This document shows, piece after piece, positions 28,876 through 38,107 of a stretch of DNA of 64,000 nt (its first letter is position 1; each line of letters opens with the position of its first letter). The notes beneath the pieces are model-generated. The model saw nothing but the letters and a program-made list of their open reading frames with translations, ran no database searches and was not told the DNA's origin. Both the position numbers and the translations under genes were made by a program. Origin of the DNA: a virus; IMG/VR virus record IMGVR_UViG_3300037311_000293; one strand, 5' to 3'.

Positions 28876-30539
28876 CGCGTCCTCACCGTTCCGTAGAGCA
28901 AGTGAACCGTGGCGTCGAGTAGGTCGTCACCGCTGTCCCAGACGCGCTCGAGCGTCAGCCAGAACGGCGCGTTCGCCGTCAGACCGGTGAGGTCGAAGGC
29001 CTGCTCGAACACCGCATTGGCGGCGACGAAGTTCACCGTTGCTTCCACCGAACCCGGGGGCTCGGCGTACGGCGAAGCAGTACCGCTGCCGTAGCGGAGC
29101 CGGAAGCGCGCGGTCTTGGTCGGGCTCGAGTTCGCGTCTGCGACGAAGTAGAGACGCACGACGGGATCAGAGACCTGGGTGTAACTGGCCCATTGCGGCC
29201 GGATGAAGCGGCCACCGGCACTGACGACGGCGTTGCGGAGGTATCCGATCAGACCGCCGTTGGCGTTGACGTCGCCGAAGCGCATCGTCATGTCGACTGC
29301 TGCGGCGCTGCCGAAGAGCCCGTAATAGATGCCTGTGGTGCGAAGCCCGATGCCGCTTCCCCAGACGGCCTCGACGGCGTTGGCGTTGTCGTCGGCGCCT
29401 GCGGCTTCGATCCAACCTGGTGCAAGGACATCGCCAAACGGCTGGACATCCACGGTACCGTCGAGACGCACCGCGCTGAGCTCACCGTCGGCGTAGGCCA
29501 TGCGAACGCCGGCGTACGGGAACATGAGTCCGAGGGAGTAGCGGCCATCGAGTTGGATTCCGTCTCCTGGGCTTCCTCCGGTGATGGGGGTGTTGTCGTC
29601 GCGGATCACCATGTAGGCGTGCATCTGAGACGCCGCGGAGCCCAGCACAAGAGTCTGATCCCAGTACGACGGCAGCGCGTTGGTCGTCGCCATGCGAAGG
29701 ACCCCGCCTTCGACAAGCTGGAAGTCTCCGGGAACACCGGAGCCCCCATGAGTGAAGCCCTGAGCTCCAGGCAGCGACCCCTTTCGGGCGTCGTACTCCA
29801 GGACACCGAGGCAGCGATCGAAGGGCACCGAGAGCCGTGACCCGCTTGCGGGCTGTCCAGCGGGGTTCGACGCCGCACCACCAAACAGCCAGGAGCGCGG
29901 TGCTCCGTTCAAGTCGGCATCCGACGGCATCAACATCATGGGCTCAGCCTCCAGGTAGATCGTTACGAGGGCAGTGGTATGACCGCTACAGCGATCGACG
30001 AGATACACGGTGTAGTCCCCGGAGACCGCCACCTCGGGGAGCTCGGCGCACAGTAGCGTATCCGCCAGCGAAGCTCCCGGAGGCGGTGTATCGATGACGA
30101 TCGGCGGATACGGCGCAACTACGGCCGCAGGAACTCCAGAAGCCAACGAGAGCTCCGCAGAGAACGTATCGGCGCCGACGAACTCGAGGGCGTAACACGT
30201 GGCCGGGCGTTGAACATCCGCGGCTACGACGCAGAGCAACCCGTTCGTGACGTAGCTACCGATGGCTGTGATCCCGCCAAGGCGCTTCGAGCTACGAAGA
30301 CGCCCGCAACTCTCACACAGCGTTTCGAGCGCCGCCGCCCGATAGGTGGCTTCGAAGAGCCCCCACGAACCCGCAGGACCAGTACCGAAGTACGTACCAA
30401 ACGGCGTGGAGCCAAGACCACCGCCACCGCTCGTACTGAGCAGCATCCAGCGCTCGACGGTTTGTGTCGTTGACACCCTGCGATCGCGGAAGCGTGTATA
30501 TCCGCAGGTGCACTTCCGGTTTCGGTACTGGGCGGTCAC
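28872..30539 (-). CDS. Putative virion structural protein; possible internal start at 29939
   Basis: 555 aa; N-terminal Cys motifs and a beta-rich C-terminal part. Confidence 0.65.
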   Translation of the reverse strand: MTAQYRNRKCTCGYTRFRDRRVSTTQTVERWMLLSTSGGGGLGSTPFGTYFGTGPAGSWGLFEATYRAAALETLCESCGRLRSSKRLGGITAIGSYVTNGLLCVVAADVQRPATCYALEFVGADTFSAELSLASGVPAAVVAPYPPIVIDTPPPGASLADTLLCAELPEVAVSGDYTVYLVDRCSGHTTALVTIYLEAEPMMLMPSDADLNGAPRSWLFGGAASNPAGQPASGSRLSVPFDRCLGVLEYDARKGSLPGAQGFTHGGSGVPGDFQLVEGGVLRMATTNALPSYWDQTLVLGSAASQMHAYMVIRDDNTPITGGSPGDGIQLDGRYSLGLMFPYAGVRMAYADGELSAVRLDGTVDVQPFGDVLAPGWIEAAGADDNANAVEAVWGSGIGLRTTGIYYGLFGSAAAVDMTMRFGDVNANGGLIGYLRNAVVSAGGRFIRPQWASYTQVSDPVVRLYFVADANSSPTKTARFRLRYGSGTASPYAEPPGSVEATVNFVAANAVFEQAFDLTGLTANAPFWLTLERVWDSGDDLLDATVHLLYGTVRTR

Positions 30540-30554
30540 GGCCCGAGCGTACCA
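30540..30554 (-). promoter_or_regulatory. Putative leaderless extended -10 promoter
   Basis: TGg-TACGCT-N6-GTG. Confidence 0.5.
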
Positions 30555-30570
30555 GAACTCGTCGAACCGG

Positions 30571-30972
30571 TCAGCCTGCGGCGCGGATCAGATTGATGAG
30601 ACCGATGATGAGGCTCGACAGCGCTGTGACGATCGCGACGACGATGGGTGCCGTGGCCTTCCACTTCTCGACTGCGATCTTCTTCTCTTCCACAGCGATC
30701 TTCTTGTCGTCCTTCTTGGTCTCGATGACTTCTTCGACTTGCTTCTCGAAGCGGCCGGTCTGGTCGGCTTGGCGCTCCTTGACATTGTTCAGTCGTTCCT
30801 CAAGACGTGCGAAGTCGGTCTGGAGAGCCGTGACCTTCTCGTTCATCTTCTCCATGGCGTCGCCGAACTTGGCCTGCTGCGTAGCCCGCTCCTCGAGCAT
30901 CACACGCATGGCGGCAAAGCCGCGGGCAACGGCGACCTTCAGATCATCCATGGACTCTCGGTCTTCACTCAC
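30571..30972 (-). CDS. Coiled-coil protein with C-terminal TM helix (holin-like)
   Basis: 133 aa ending KWKATAPIVVAIVTALSSLIIGLINLIRAAG. Confidence 0.55.
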   Translation of the reverse strand: MSEDRESMDDLKVAVARGFAAMRVMLEERATQQAKFGDAMEKMNEKVTALQTDFARLEERLNNVKERQADQTGRFEKQVEEVIETKKDDKKIAVEEKKIAVEKWKATAPIVVAIVTALSSLIIGLINLIRAAG

Positions 30973-31754
30973 GGCTCTCCTCCAAGGCTCTGGAGTACTT
31001 CGAGGAGCTCCTGCTCCGGATCAGTGGGTCTCGGTGCCTCTTCACTGGCCGCCCGGATGGCTTCGAGGGCGCGATCAGAGATCTTGACGGTACGACGCGT
31101 ATGGACGTTCTTGTCCATCCGAAGAAGAGTACGTAGGTCTTGGATTGCGGTGTAGAAGTCGTTGTTCGACAAGATGTGTTCGATGTCGTCCGCGATGGCG
31201 GGGTAGTTCTTCTGGATGTACAGACGGATCTGCGTGACCGTCTCGTCGATCTTGTTGACGTGCTCCGAGGCCATCCCGCTGATCGATGGCGGTGGCGTAG
31301 AGCCTGGCTTGCTGTCCAGTGTGAGCGTCTCGAGGCTCTTCGCCATCAGCGCCTTTGACGTCGCCGAGCGTCGCGCCCGCTCCAAGGCGTAGAGGATCTC
31401 GCGTTCGAGCTCATCAGACGTCAGCTCAGACCGCTTCACGATGAAGTTGTCAGCACCGGCCTCCATGGAGCGCGTCGCAACGTTCAGGTCTTCCTGACCG
31501 CTGAGAACGATGATCGGTGTATTCGGCGCCTCTCGACGGACAGCGATCACGGTATCGATGCCATGACTATCCGGAAGAGACAGGTCGAGGAAGATGAGGT
31601 CGACCCTCCTGTTCTTCAGGATCATGAGCGCGGTACTCAGCCACTCGGCATGCTCGACGGCGCAGCGAACGCGGGACGCAGATGCCAGACGCCTCATGAC
31701 GAGCTTGGCATCTGACGGATTGTCTTCGACGAGCAGGATGTGTACGGGGATCAT
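30969..31754 (-). CDS. Response regulator (REC + unknown helical C-terminal domain)
   Basis: ILLVEDN, IFLDLSLPD (phospho-Asp), IIVLSG and FIVK motifs; ATGA-coupled start. Confidence 0.9.
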   Translation of the reverse strand: MIPVHILLVEDNPSDAKLVMRRLASASRVRCAVEHAEWLSTALMILKNRRVDLIFLDLSLPDSHGIDTVIAVRREAPNTPIIVLSGQEDLNVATRSMEAGADNFIVKRSELTSDELEREILYALERARRSATSKALMAKSLETLTLDSKPGSTPPPSISGMASEHVNKIDETVTQIRLYIQKNYPAIADDIEHILSNNDFYTAIQDLRTLLRMDKNVHTRRTVKISDRALEAIRAASEEAPRPTDPEQELLEVLQSLGGEP

Positions 31755-32185
31755 ACGCGCCTCGGTAACCTGCACTGCACGAACCAGAAGTCCTCGAGGG
31801 AACGGACGAAACTATCGAGTGCTTCGGGGCTTCCTGGCTTCACGGCATACGCATTTGCGCCTAAAGCGTAGCACCGCTCGATGTCAGCCGGCGCGTCGGA
31901 GCCCGTCAGTACGATGACGGGCACGTCCTTGAGCCCAGGATCTGTCTTGACGGACTCGAGCACATCGTACCCCGAAACCTTCGGGAGATTGAGATCAAGA
32001 AGTACGACGCTTGGGCGCGGGACGGTCGCGTAGGGAACCGCCTGCCGCAAGAAGAGCAGTGCTTCCAAGCCGTCGGATACTGTGTGAATCCGATGCGGCA
32101 TTCTCATGCGTGCCAGCACCCGGTGCATCGCTCGGACGTCCGGTAGATGGTCTTCGACGAGAAGTATCTGCGGTCTGTTCGGCAT
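31751..32185 (-). CDS. Single-domain response regulator, Rcp1-like
   Basis: ILLVEDH, VLLDLNLPKVSG, VIVLTGS, GANAYAVKP and FW tail. Confidence 0.92.
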   Translation of the reverse strand: MPNRPQILLVEDHLPDVRAMHRVLARMRMPHRIHTVSDGLEALLFLRQAVPYATVPRPSVVLLDLNLPKVSGYDVLESVKTDPGLKDVPVIVLTGSDAPADIERCYALGANAYAVKPGSPEALDSFVRSLEDFWFVQCRLPRRV

Positions 32186-33254
32186 GACGTCGTGCCACCA
32201 CGAAGCGGACTGTAGCACCACCCCCAGGTGTGGACTCAATCCAAATCCGACCACGATGAATCTGAATGATCTTGTTGCAGATAGCGAGGCCGATACCAGT
32301 CCCGGGCTTCGAAGTGTCGAGCCGCTTGAAGACACCGAAGACCTGTTGGGTATAGACGGGGTCGATACCGATGCCGTGATCGACGACGGAGAACAACCAG
32401 CCCTCTTCTGTCTCTTCCCCGGTGAGGTGAACTACGGGAGCCACTCCGGGACGGGCGAACTTCACGGCGTTCGACAACAGATTGCTAAGGAGCAACCGCA
32501 TCAAGCTCTCATCGGCCCATGTGATGGGCAACGGGTCCCTAGTGATCTTTGCTCCGGTCTCGCGTACACGAAACTCGTTGTCCAGCACGGCGTTATCGGC
32601 GGTGGTATTCATGTCCACCCACTTCATGTCGACAGCACGCCCGACGCGACTGAGCTTCAGCAAATCACTGACGAGCTCACGACCACGCGCGGCGGCGTCA
32701 ACGATGTAGCCGAGCTGCTCAAGGCCTTCCGGAGGCAAGAGGTTACCGAAGTCTTCCTTGATGAAGGCGGCCCAGTTGGCGATGGTACGAAGAGGCTCCT
32801 GGAGATCATGTGACGCGGCGTATGCCAACGTCTCTGCCTCTTCCTTGGCACGCTTGTAATCATCGGCGGTGTGGGTGAGATCGATGACGTACTTTCCGAT
32901 CTGGTTTTCGATGACCTTCTCGCTCGTGATGTCCTTGGCGCAGCAGTGGATGCTTCCGTCGGCATCTACATCAGGATGACATCGCCAACGCATCCAGACG
33001 ATCTTACCTGCCTTGGTGATGAAGCGGTTCTCGAAGACACCGGTACAGGAGGCACTGGCACAGGCGTCGAAAGACGCCACTACCTCATCCCGATCTGCCA
33101 TGTGCGACAGCTCAACAAGATCCCTAGAAGCCAACTCGCCCCTGGTGTAGCCGAGAAGATCACAGAATGCGTCGTTGGCTTCGACCACGACCCCTCGACG
33201 CAAAACACACATCGCATCGAAGGCGGCCTCGAAGAAACGCTTGTAGTACGGCAT
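31995..33254 (-). CDS. Cytoplasmic PAS-domain sensor histidine kinase (Cph1/BphP-type kinase core)
   Basis: PAS/PAC; H-box ASHDLQEPLR; N-box NLLSNAVKF; G1 DHGIGI; F-box VFGVF; G2 GTGIGLAIC. Confidence 0.93.
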   Translation of the reverse strand: MPYYKRFFEAAFDAMCVLRRGVVVEANDAFCDLLGYTRGELASRDLVELSHMADRDEVVASFDACASASCTGVFENRFITKAGKIVWMRWRCHPDVDADGSIHCCAKDITSEKVIENQIGKYVIDLTHTADDYKRAKEEAETLAYAASHDLQEPLRTIANWAAFIKEDFGNLLPPEGLEQLGYIVDAAARGRELVSDLLKLSRVGRAVDMKWVDMNTTADNAVLDNEFRVRETGAKITRDPLPITWADESLMRLLLSNLLSNAVKFARPGVAPVVHLTGEETEEGWLFSVVDHGIGIDPVYTQQVFGVFKRLDTSKPGTGIGLAICNKIIQIHRGRIWIESTPGGGATVRFVVARRHAEQTADTSRRRPSTGRPSDAPGAGTHENAASDSHSIRRLGSTALLAAGGSLRDRPAPKRRTS

Positions 33255-33258
33255 GTGA

Positions 33259-34509
33259 TCACAAGTACGTTGGGAAGTCCATATTCCAGAGATCCCAGAC
33301 CTCTGTCCGGAGTGTCGCGTTGTGGGCAACGGGATACAGCGCCAGCCTTGAGATCGACGCATCTGCGAAGCTACTGAGCGACGTGAGGGCCGCCAACATC
33401 GCACTGCCGCCGACAGCCCGTGGGGTGTATGCCTGATCACTACCGATCTGGGTGCGTCCACGGAAGAGCCGACAGAGGTTGGCGCTCCCGTCGAGTACCC
33501 ACGTCAGTACCTGAGCATCAGCGAGCGACGCCCCAAACGTTCGCCAAGCCCCATCGAAAAGTGAAACATTGTCACCCTCCGCGATCGAGCTCAGCATGAA
33601 CCGCAGAGGCCCGGTCTCGACGTCGAGGATACAGGCATCACCTGTACCAGCGTTGTCGTAAAGGGCCACGTAGAGCGTCCAGTTCGTAGAGGCATTGACG
33701 AGCCCGGAGATCGCCATGCGCTGTTCGCTTGAAGCGAGGAAGTCAACCGTAGGGTACCCGTCGATGCCGCCGACAGCTAAGTAGAGTGGCTTGTTGAACG
33801 CTGCGGACTCTTCGGCATCAGTTCCTGCGGTTCCCTGGTCTTCCCAGATCTCCACATAGTCCAGATTCTCCACGGGATCACCAGGAGCCTCAAGGACTCC
33901 AATCGCAGCGTCAAATAGGATCAATGGGTCACCGAGGACATCATCCGAGGTCACTGCGATTCCGTTCGTCACGACCTCAGTAGCGCTGACAGCTTGCCCG
34001 AATGTGACACCACGAATCGCGCATGTGATCGTCGTTCCGGCGTCGGCGATCTGTGCCTGGTATGCCTGGTTCGTGGCACCTGCGATGTCGACACCATTTC
34101 TGCGCCACTGGTACCTGTACTCCTCGATCGGCAACTCTTGGCCCGCGCTATTGGTCGCCAGTACCCAGCCACCTTCGGCTGCGGTGAACGTGGTCCCGAC
34201 AACTGCGGGTTCGGCGTCACCCACAATGGAAGGCTCAATGATCCCGGGTGTTGGTGCTCCAGGTAGTTCGGTAGCAAACGTACCGGCGACACGAGAAGCC
34301 AGCGCCAACGCATCTGATCGACGGACAACTTGGACATCACCAAGAAGAGTAGCTGCACCCGAAATGGGATCCGGCAACGCCGGCATGCTTACGCGCGTAG
34401 AATCCGGATCATCCGTGACCCAGACAACGTAGCCGTAATCGACCGGGAACGGCGCATCTCCAATGAGCGTGGAGTACGAGATGTAGAGCTGTCGGTTGAG
34501 TACCGGCAT
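33259..34509 (-). CDS. Virion adhesin/fibre with Ig-like and lectin-like domains
   Basis: YRYQWRRNGVDIAGAT Ig-like segment; WEDQ...GIDGYPTVDF domain. Confidence 0.65.
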   Translation of the reverse strand: MPVLNRQLYISYSTLIGDAPFPVDYGYVVWVTDDPDSTRVSMPALPDPISGAATLLGDVQVVRRSDALALASRVAGTFATELPGAPTPGIIEPSIVGDAEPAVVGTTFTAAEGGWVLATNSAGQELPIEEYRYQWRRNGVDIAGATNQAYQAQIADAGTTITCAIRGVTFGQAVSATEVVTNGIAVTSDDVLGDPLILFDAAIGVLEAPGDPVENLDYVEIWEDQGTAGTDAEESAAFNKPLYLAVGGIDGYPTVDFLASSEQRMAISGLVNASTNWTLYVALYDNAGTGDACILDVETGPLRFMLSSIAEGDNVSLFDGAWRTFGASLADAQVLTWVLDGSANLCRLFRGRTQIGSDQAYTPRAVGGSAMLAALTSLSSFADASISRLALYPVAHNATLRTEVWDLWNMDFPTYL

Positions 34510-34510
34510 C

Positions 34511-35704
34511 TCAGATCACCGAGTAGTTGGAGGTGTCGACACCGAACGTGCCGGGACCGTCGTACTGCGCTCCTGTGGGATCAGCACCGTTTGTCGTGAC
34601 CCATACATGCCAGCCGCCGGCGACGGTATCCCAAACACGGTTGCGCGTCTCTGAGCTCGGGGCTGGTGGTCCGTTGTCGGGAAGCGCGAGCTCGACACGG
34701 GCTTCTGCGACAGGCTCATCTGCAATGGGCCATCCACCTGTCCATGCAACAGGCCATCCTGCGGTGCCGTAGAACGCGTGGGCTCCGTAGTCCGTACCGG
34801 TGCCCGTAGTGACACCGTGGGGCCACGGAAAGAAGTAGTTGCCCCACCGGATGAAGCTACGTCCTTCGGTGGCGTTGTTGATTGTGTCGTTCGCCGCAGG
34901 CGTAGCCGTCGGGAAATAGGCGAAGGAGGTGCCAAGGCCTTTTCGGATTTCACGACCGCCAGTGTTCTCGCCGATGAACGCGGGCTGGATGTCGTACTGC
35001 CCGGAATACGGATTGGTCTGCACGCCCGTTGTGTACGGCGCGCCGTTTGTGATCTGAAACGCAATGGCTTCGATCTGTCCCGAAAGACCCAGCAGACCCG
35101 ATGCCGAGCTGGTCGCACGAAGGCAAATCCAAGGCTCGTAGTCCACGTTCCCGTTGTCGCCGTTTGCGACTGTACTCAGCGCAAACAGCCCTACTGCTGT
35201 CTGAACAGTGGTTCCGGCGATCAACTGGATGACGAAGTAGAACTCATAGACATCGCCGGTCTGGCCGCGCCCGACTTGAGCAGCGGCGACGTGGTACTCG
35301 TAGGATGCGAAGCTCGAAGGGATGAATGCCGTGTCATACGCACCCGACGTACCTACAAGCTGCACGCGCGTCAGAGATCCAGTAGGCGCTGTGGTGGCCG
35401 TTCCTCCTGAGAAGATGTCGCCGTACTGACCGAGATACCAACGCCACGACCGATTGGTCGTACCGCGCTGCATCGTGAAGTCACGGTTACCTGCGGGATC
35501 GCGCCAATGCTCCCAGGAGTCAGCGTTGCTCCATCGCGTAGCGTCGTTGCGTGTGGACGCCGACGTCGAAGACCCGTTGCTGGACCGGACAATCACCCAT
35601 CCCGCGGCCGCAAGACGATCACCGAACGCGATGATCGGGGCGATCTCCGAAGCCAGGGCCTCGTTGACGTCAAACCGCCAGTTGTCTGAGAGATGTAGCG
35701 TCAT
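34511..35704 (-). CDS. Putative virion structural protein
   Basis: 397 aa, paralogue of 35704-36624. Confidence 0.65.
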   Translation of the reverse strand: MTLHLSDNWRFDVNEALASEIAPIIAFGDRLAAAGWVIVRSSNGSSTSASTRNDATRWSNADSWEHWRDPAGNRDFTMQRGTTNRSWRWYLGQYGDIFSGGTATTAPTGSLTRVQLVGTSGAYDTAFIPSSFASYEYHVAAAQVGRGQTGDVYEFYFVIQLIAGTTVQTAVGLFALSTVANGDNGNVDYEPWICLRATSSASGLLGLSGQIEAIAFQITNGAPYTTGVQTNPYSGQYDIQPAFIGENTGGREIRKGLGTSFAYFPTATPAANDTINNATEGRSFIRWGNYFFPWPHGVTTGTGTDYGAHAFYGTAGWPVAWTGGWPIADEPVAEARVELALPDNGPPAPSSETRNRVWDTVAGGWHVWVTTNGADPTGAQYDGPGTFGVDTSNYSVI

Positions 35705-36624
35705 CAGAACCCGAAGCTCACGTTATGGGGCCACGGAATCGTCCAGACTCCAAGGTTGAGGCGACACTCCCCCCCGGTCATCGGAGACAGCACCGCGAGG
35801 TTCCCTCGGATCGCGGAGTCTCCGGTTACGTTGTCAAAGATGCCCTTGCGCTGCTCACGCCCGCCAGTCGTTTCGCCAACGAACAGCGGAGGCAGGTCAT
35901 CGAACAGCGTCAGGGGGTTCCGGCCGGTCCAGGTGCTGGGCTCAGAAGCCTGTAGTGTGGTCGTCTGTAGTTCCCCGGAGAGCCCAGCCTTGTACCAGCC
36001 ACGAAGGCCGCTCAGGGAGTTCTGCGACGATGCTGAAGCCCAGGGCTCGTTGTCGGGGTCGCCGACAACACCGTCTGCGGTGCTGGTGAGCGAATCCACG
36101 AACATGAAACCTTGCGGAGCTGAAGCTGAGTTCGTGGGTTGGATCAGAATCCAGAACGGATAGACATCACCGCTGACACCGCTGGCAACACCTGCGGCGC
36201 CGAAGTGGAACCTGAAGTTCGAGATCGTGGAGGTACCGAAGAAGTTGGACGCCGCCGCGCCTCCAGTACCGACAAGCTGTATGCGGCCCGCAGAGCTCGG
36301 AAGCACGGTGGCGCTGCCACCGGTCATCGGCTCTCCGGCCTTGCCCTGGTAGAACAACAAGTTCTGGGCCGACGACGGTCGCTGGAACGCGATGTCGCGA
36401 CCGGATGCGCCACCGGGATCACGGAGATGGACCCATGCGTTGCTGTTGTTCCACTGCGAAGCCGTGGGCACCACCGATGCCGTCACCGCGCTGCCATCGC
36501 TCGACTGTACCGCGGTCCATCCGGCGGCAAGGAAGACGTTGACCCAGGCGGCGTAGGCGTCGCCATGTGTGGCGTAGCCTTCGTTGACGTTGTAGTGCCA
36601 GTTGTTCGAAATGTGGATCGTCAC
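35704..36624 (-). CDS. Putative virion structural protein
   Basis: 306 aa; MTIHISNNW and GETTGGREQRKG match the neighbour. Confidence 0.65.
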   Translation of the reverse strand: MTIHISNNWHYNVNEGYATHGDAYAAWVNVFLAAGWTAVQSSDGSAVTASVVPTASQWNNSNAWVHLRDPGGASGRDIAFQRPSSAQNLLFYQGKAGEPMTGGSATVLPSSAGRIQLVGTGGAAASNFFGTSTISNFRFHFGAAGVASGVSGDVYPFWILIQPTNSASAPQGFMFVDSLTSTADGVVGDPDNEPWASASSQNSLSGLRGWYKAGLSGELQTTTLQASEPSTWTGRNPLTLFDDLPPLFVGETTGGREQRKGIFDNVTGDSAIRGNLAVLSPMTGGECRLNLGVWTIPWPHNVSFGF

Positions 36625-37868
36625 AGCGAGCCTCCAACGCGGATCCCGGCGTACAGGACATGAAGAAGATCACCGGGGCTACCGGATTCCAAGATGATGC
36701 GAACCTCGTACATCGAGACGTTGTCGAGAATCTCGTTGAGGTCCACTCCAGGAGTCGCAGACAGCGTCAGCGGCTGAATCGGGTTCACCGGAACCCCGTC
36801 ATCTGCGGCATCGATGTAGAGACGGCATCGCCGTACCGGGACGATCGGACTGCCCGGGGGACCGAGATCGTAGAGATCGATATACCCACTGGCGGTCGAC
36901 GAGAACATCGTGGCGAGTGTGCGGAACTCGTAGGTCAACGTGGCGTAGTCGTATTCATCGGGATCGAAAACGAATCCACCAAGCACGAAGGCTACATCCG
37001 GGGTATCGGCTGTGACATTCGTACCCGCGGCGAGCTCGTGTACGGCAGCGATGGGGTAGCCGGTCGGACTCTGGTTTTCGTAGCGGTTGTTGGCCGCCAC
37101 CCAAGTGAGTACCTGACCGTCGGTCGGCGCTGCGCTGTGGACGTCCCAGCCACGAATCCGAACCACCGAGCTCGCCGCAACGGTACCGGTGACGTCTCCG
37201 GCAATAGCAAGCGTTGCCGGGGCGTAGCGGTTGTTGACAGCATCCCAGGACAACACCTGATTCGCCGTAGGCGCCGTGGTGTGGACGGCGTAACCCCTGA
37301 TGCGCTCGACTACCGTCGTGCCCGAAGGCCCGGTGACGTCTCCGGCGAGCGTGACTGACGCAGATCCCGCGATGGACTCCACGGCCCCGACGAGCTCATA
37401 GACCCACTCGGCCCATGCGCGCCAGTTTTGCTCCGCAGAACCAAGACCCGCGCGATCGGCGTACAACGCGTTGTCTTCGGACTCGTCGGGATCGTTGCTG
37501 GCAAGAGTCGCCGTAGCCGGTGCTGTTTCCCCGAAGGTCGGAATCCGAAGACCCGTCAGAGGTGCACGCACACTGAACGGTCTTGTAGTCGTGGTGATCG
37601 TACCGTTGTCGTCAACGGTCAAGCGGACTCGGAAAGAACACGGCTCTGTGATCTGCCCACTGGGCCCCACGGTGACCACTGCGCCTGTAGATCCCGACAA
37701 TGCAGCCGTAGAGCCGACCTTGTCCAAGATCTCCCAGGTATACGTTACGCCCGGCCCCGTCGGCGCCGTGGCGGTCAACGTGATGATTTCCCCGGGTACG
37801 AGGTCATGCCTGGCTCGGCCGGCGACGCCGACTCCAGGGGTAGCTTGGTCGATCCGGAACTCAGCCAT
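36621..37868 (-). CDS. Tail fibre protein with PKD/Ig-like N-terminus
   Basis: YTWEIL...FRVRLTVDD; two copies of AGDVTG...RIRG..V..APT..QVL.W. Confidence 0.7.
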   Translation of the reverse strand: MAEFRIDQATPGVGVAGRARHDLVPGEIITLTATAPTGPGVTYTWEILDKVGSTAALSGSTGAVVTVGPSGQITEPCSFRVRLTVDDNGTITTTTRPFSVRAPLTGLRIPTFGETAPATATLASNDPDESEDNALYADRAGLGSAEQNWRAWAEWVYELVGAVESIAGSASVTLAGDVTGPSGTTVVERIRGYAVHTTAPTANQVLSWDAVNNRYAPATLAIAGDVTGTVAASSVVRIRGWDVHSAAPTDGQVLTWVAANNRYENQSPTGYPIAAVHELAAGTNVTADTPDVAFVLGGFVFDPDEYDYATLTYEFRTLATMFSSTASGYIDLYDLGPPGSPIVPVRRCRLYIDAADDGVPVNPIQPLTLSATPGVDLNEILDNVSMYEVRIILESGSPGDLLHVLYAGIRVGGSL

Positions 37869-37883
37869 GTCGCGAGGATAGCA
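37869..37883 (-). promoter_or_regulatory. Putative leaderless extended -10 promoter
   Basis: TGc-TATCCT-N6-ATG. Confidence 0.55.
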
Positions 37884-37906
37884 TCGTCGACTCGCTTCCA
37901 GAAACT

Positions 37907-37915
37907 CCTATCAGG
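37907..37915 (+). promoter_or_regulatory. CCTATCAGG motif upstream of SD
   Basis: CCTATCAG-gacgtg-GAGGA-atac-ATG at the head of a plus-strand block. Confidence 0.6.
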
Positions 37916-38107
37916 ACGTGGAGGAATACATGGACACAGTTCTAACGAAGCGACTCACAGCGCACTACCCGCACCCATGCGGTCCCGGCTGCCCGTGTGG
38001 ACGGCCATGGGAACGGCCGCAACGCGCTTCGTCAAGTACGACAAGCGAGGGAGCGTGACCGATCCTTATCGCGACTCAGATCACAACCGCTACTGCAAGG
38101 ACAACGA

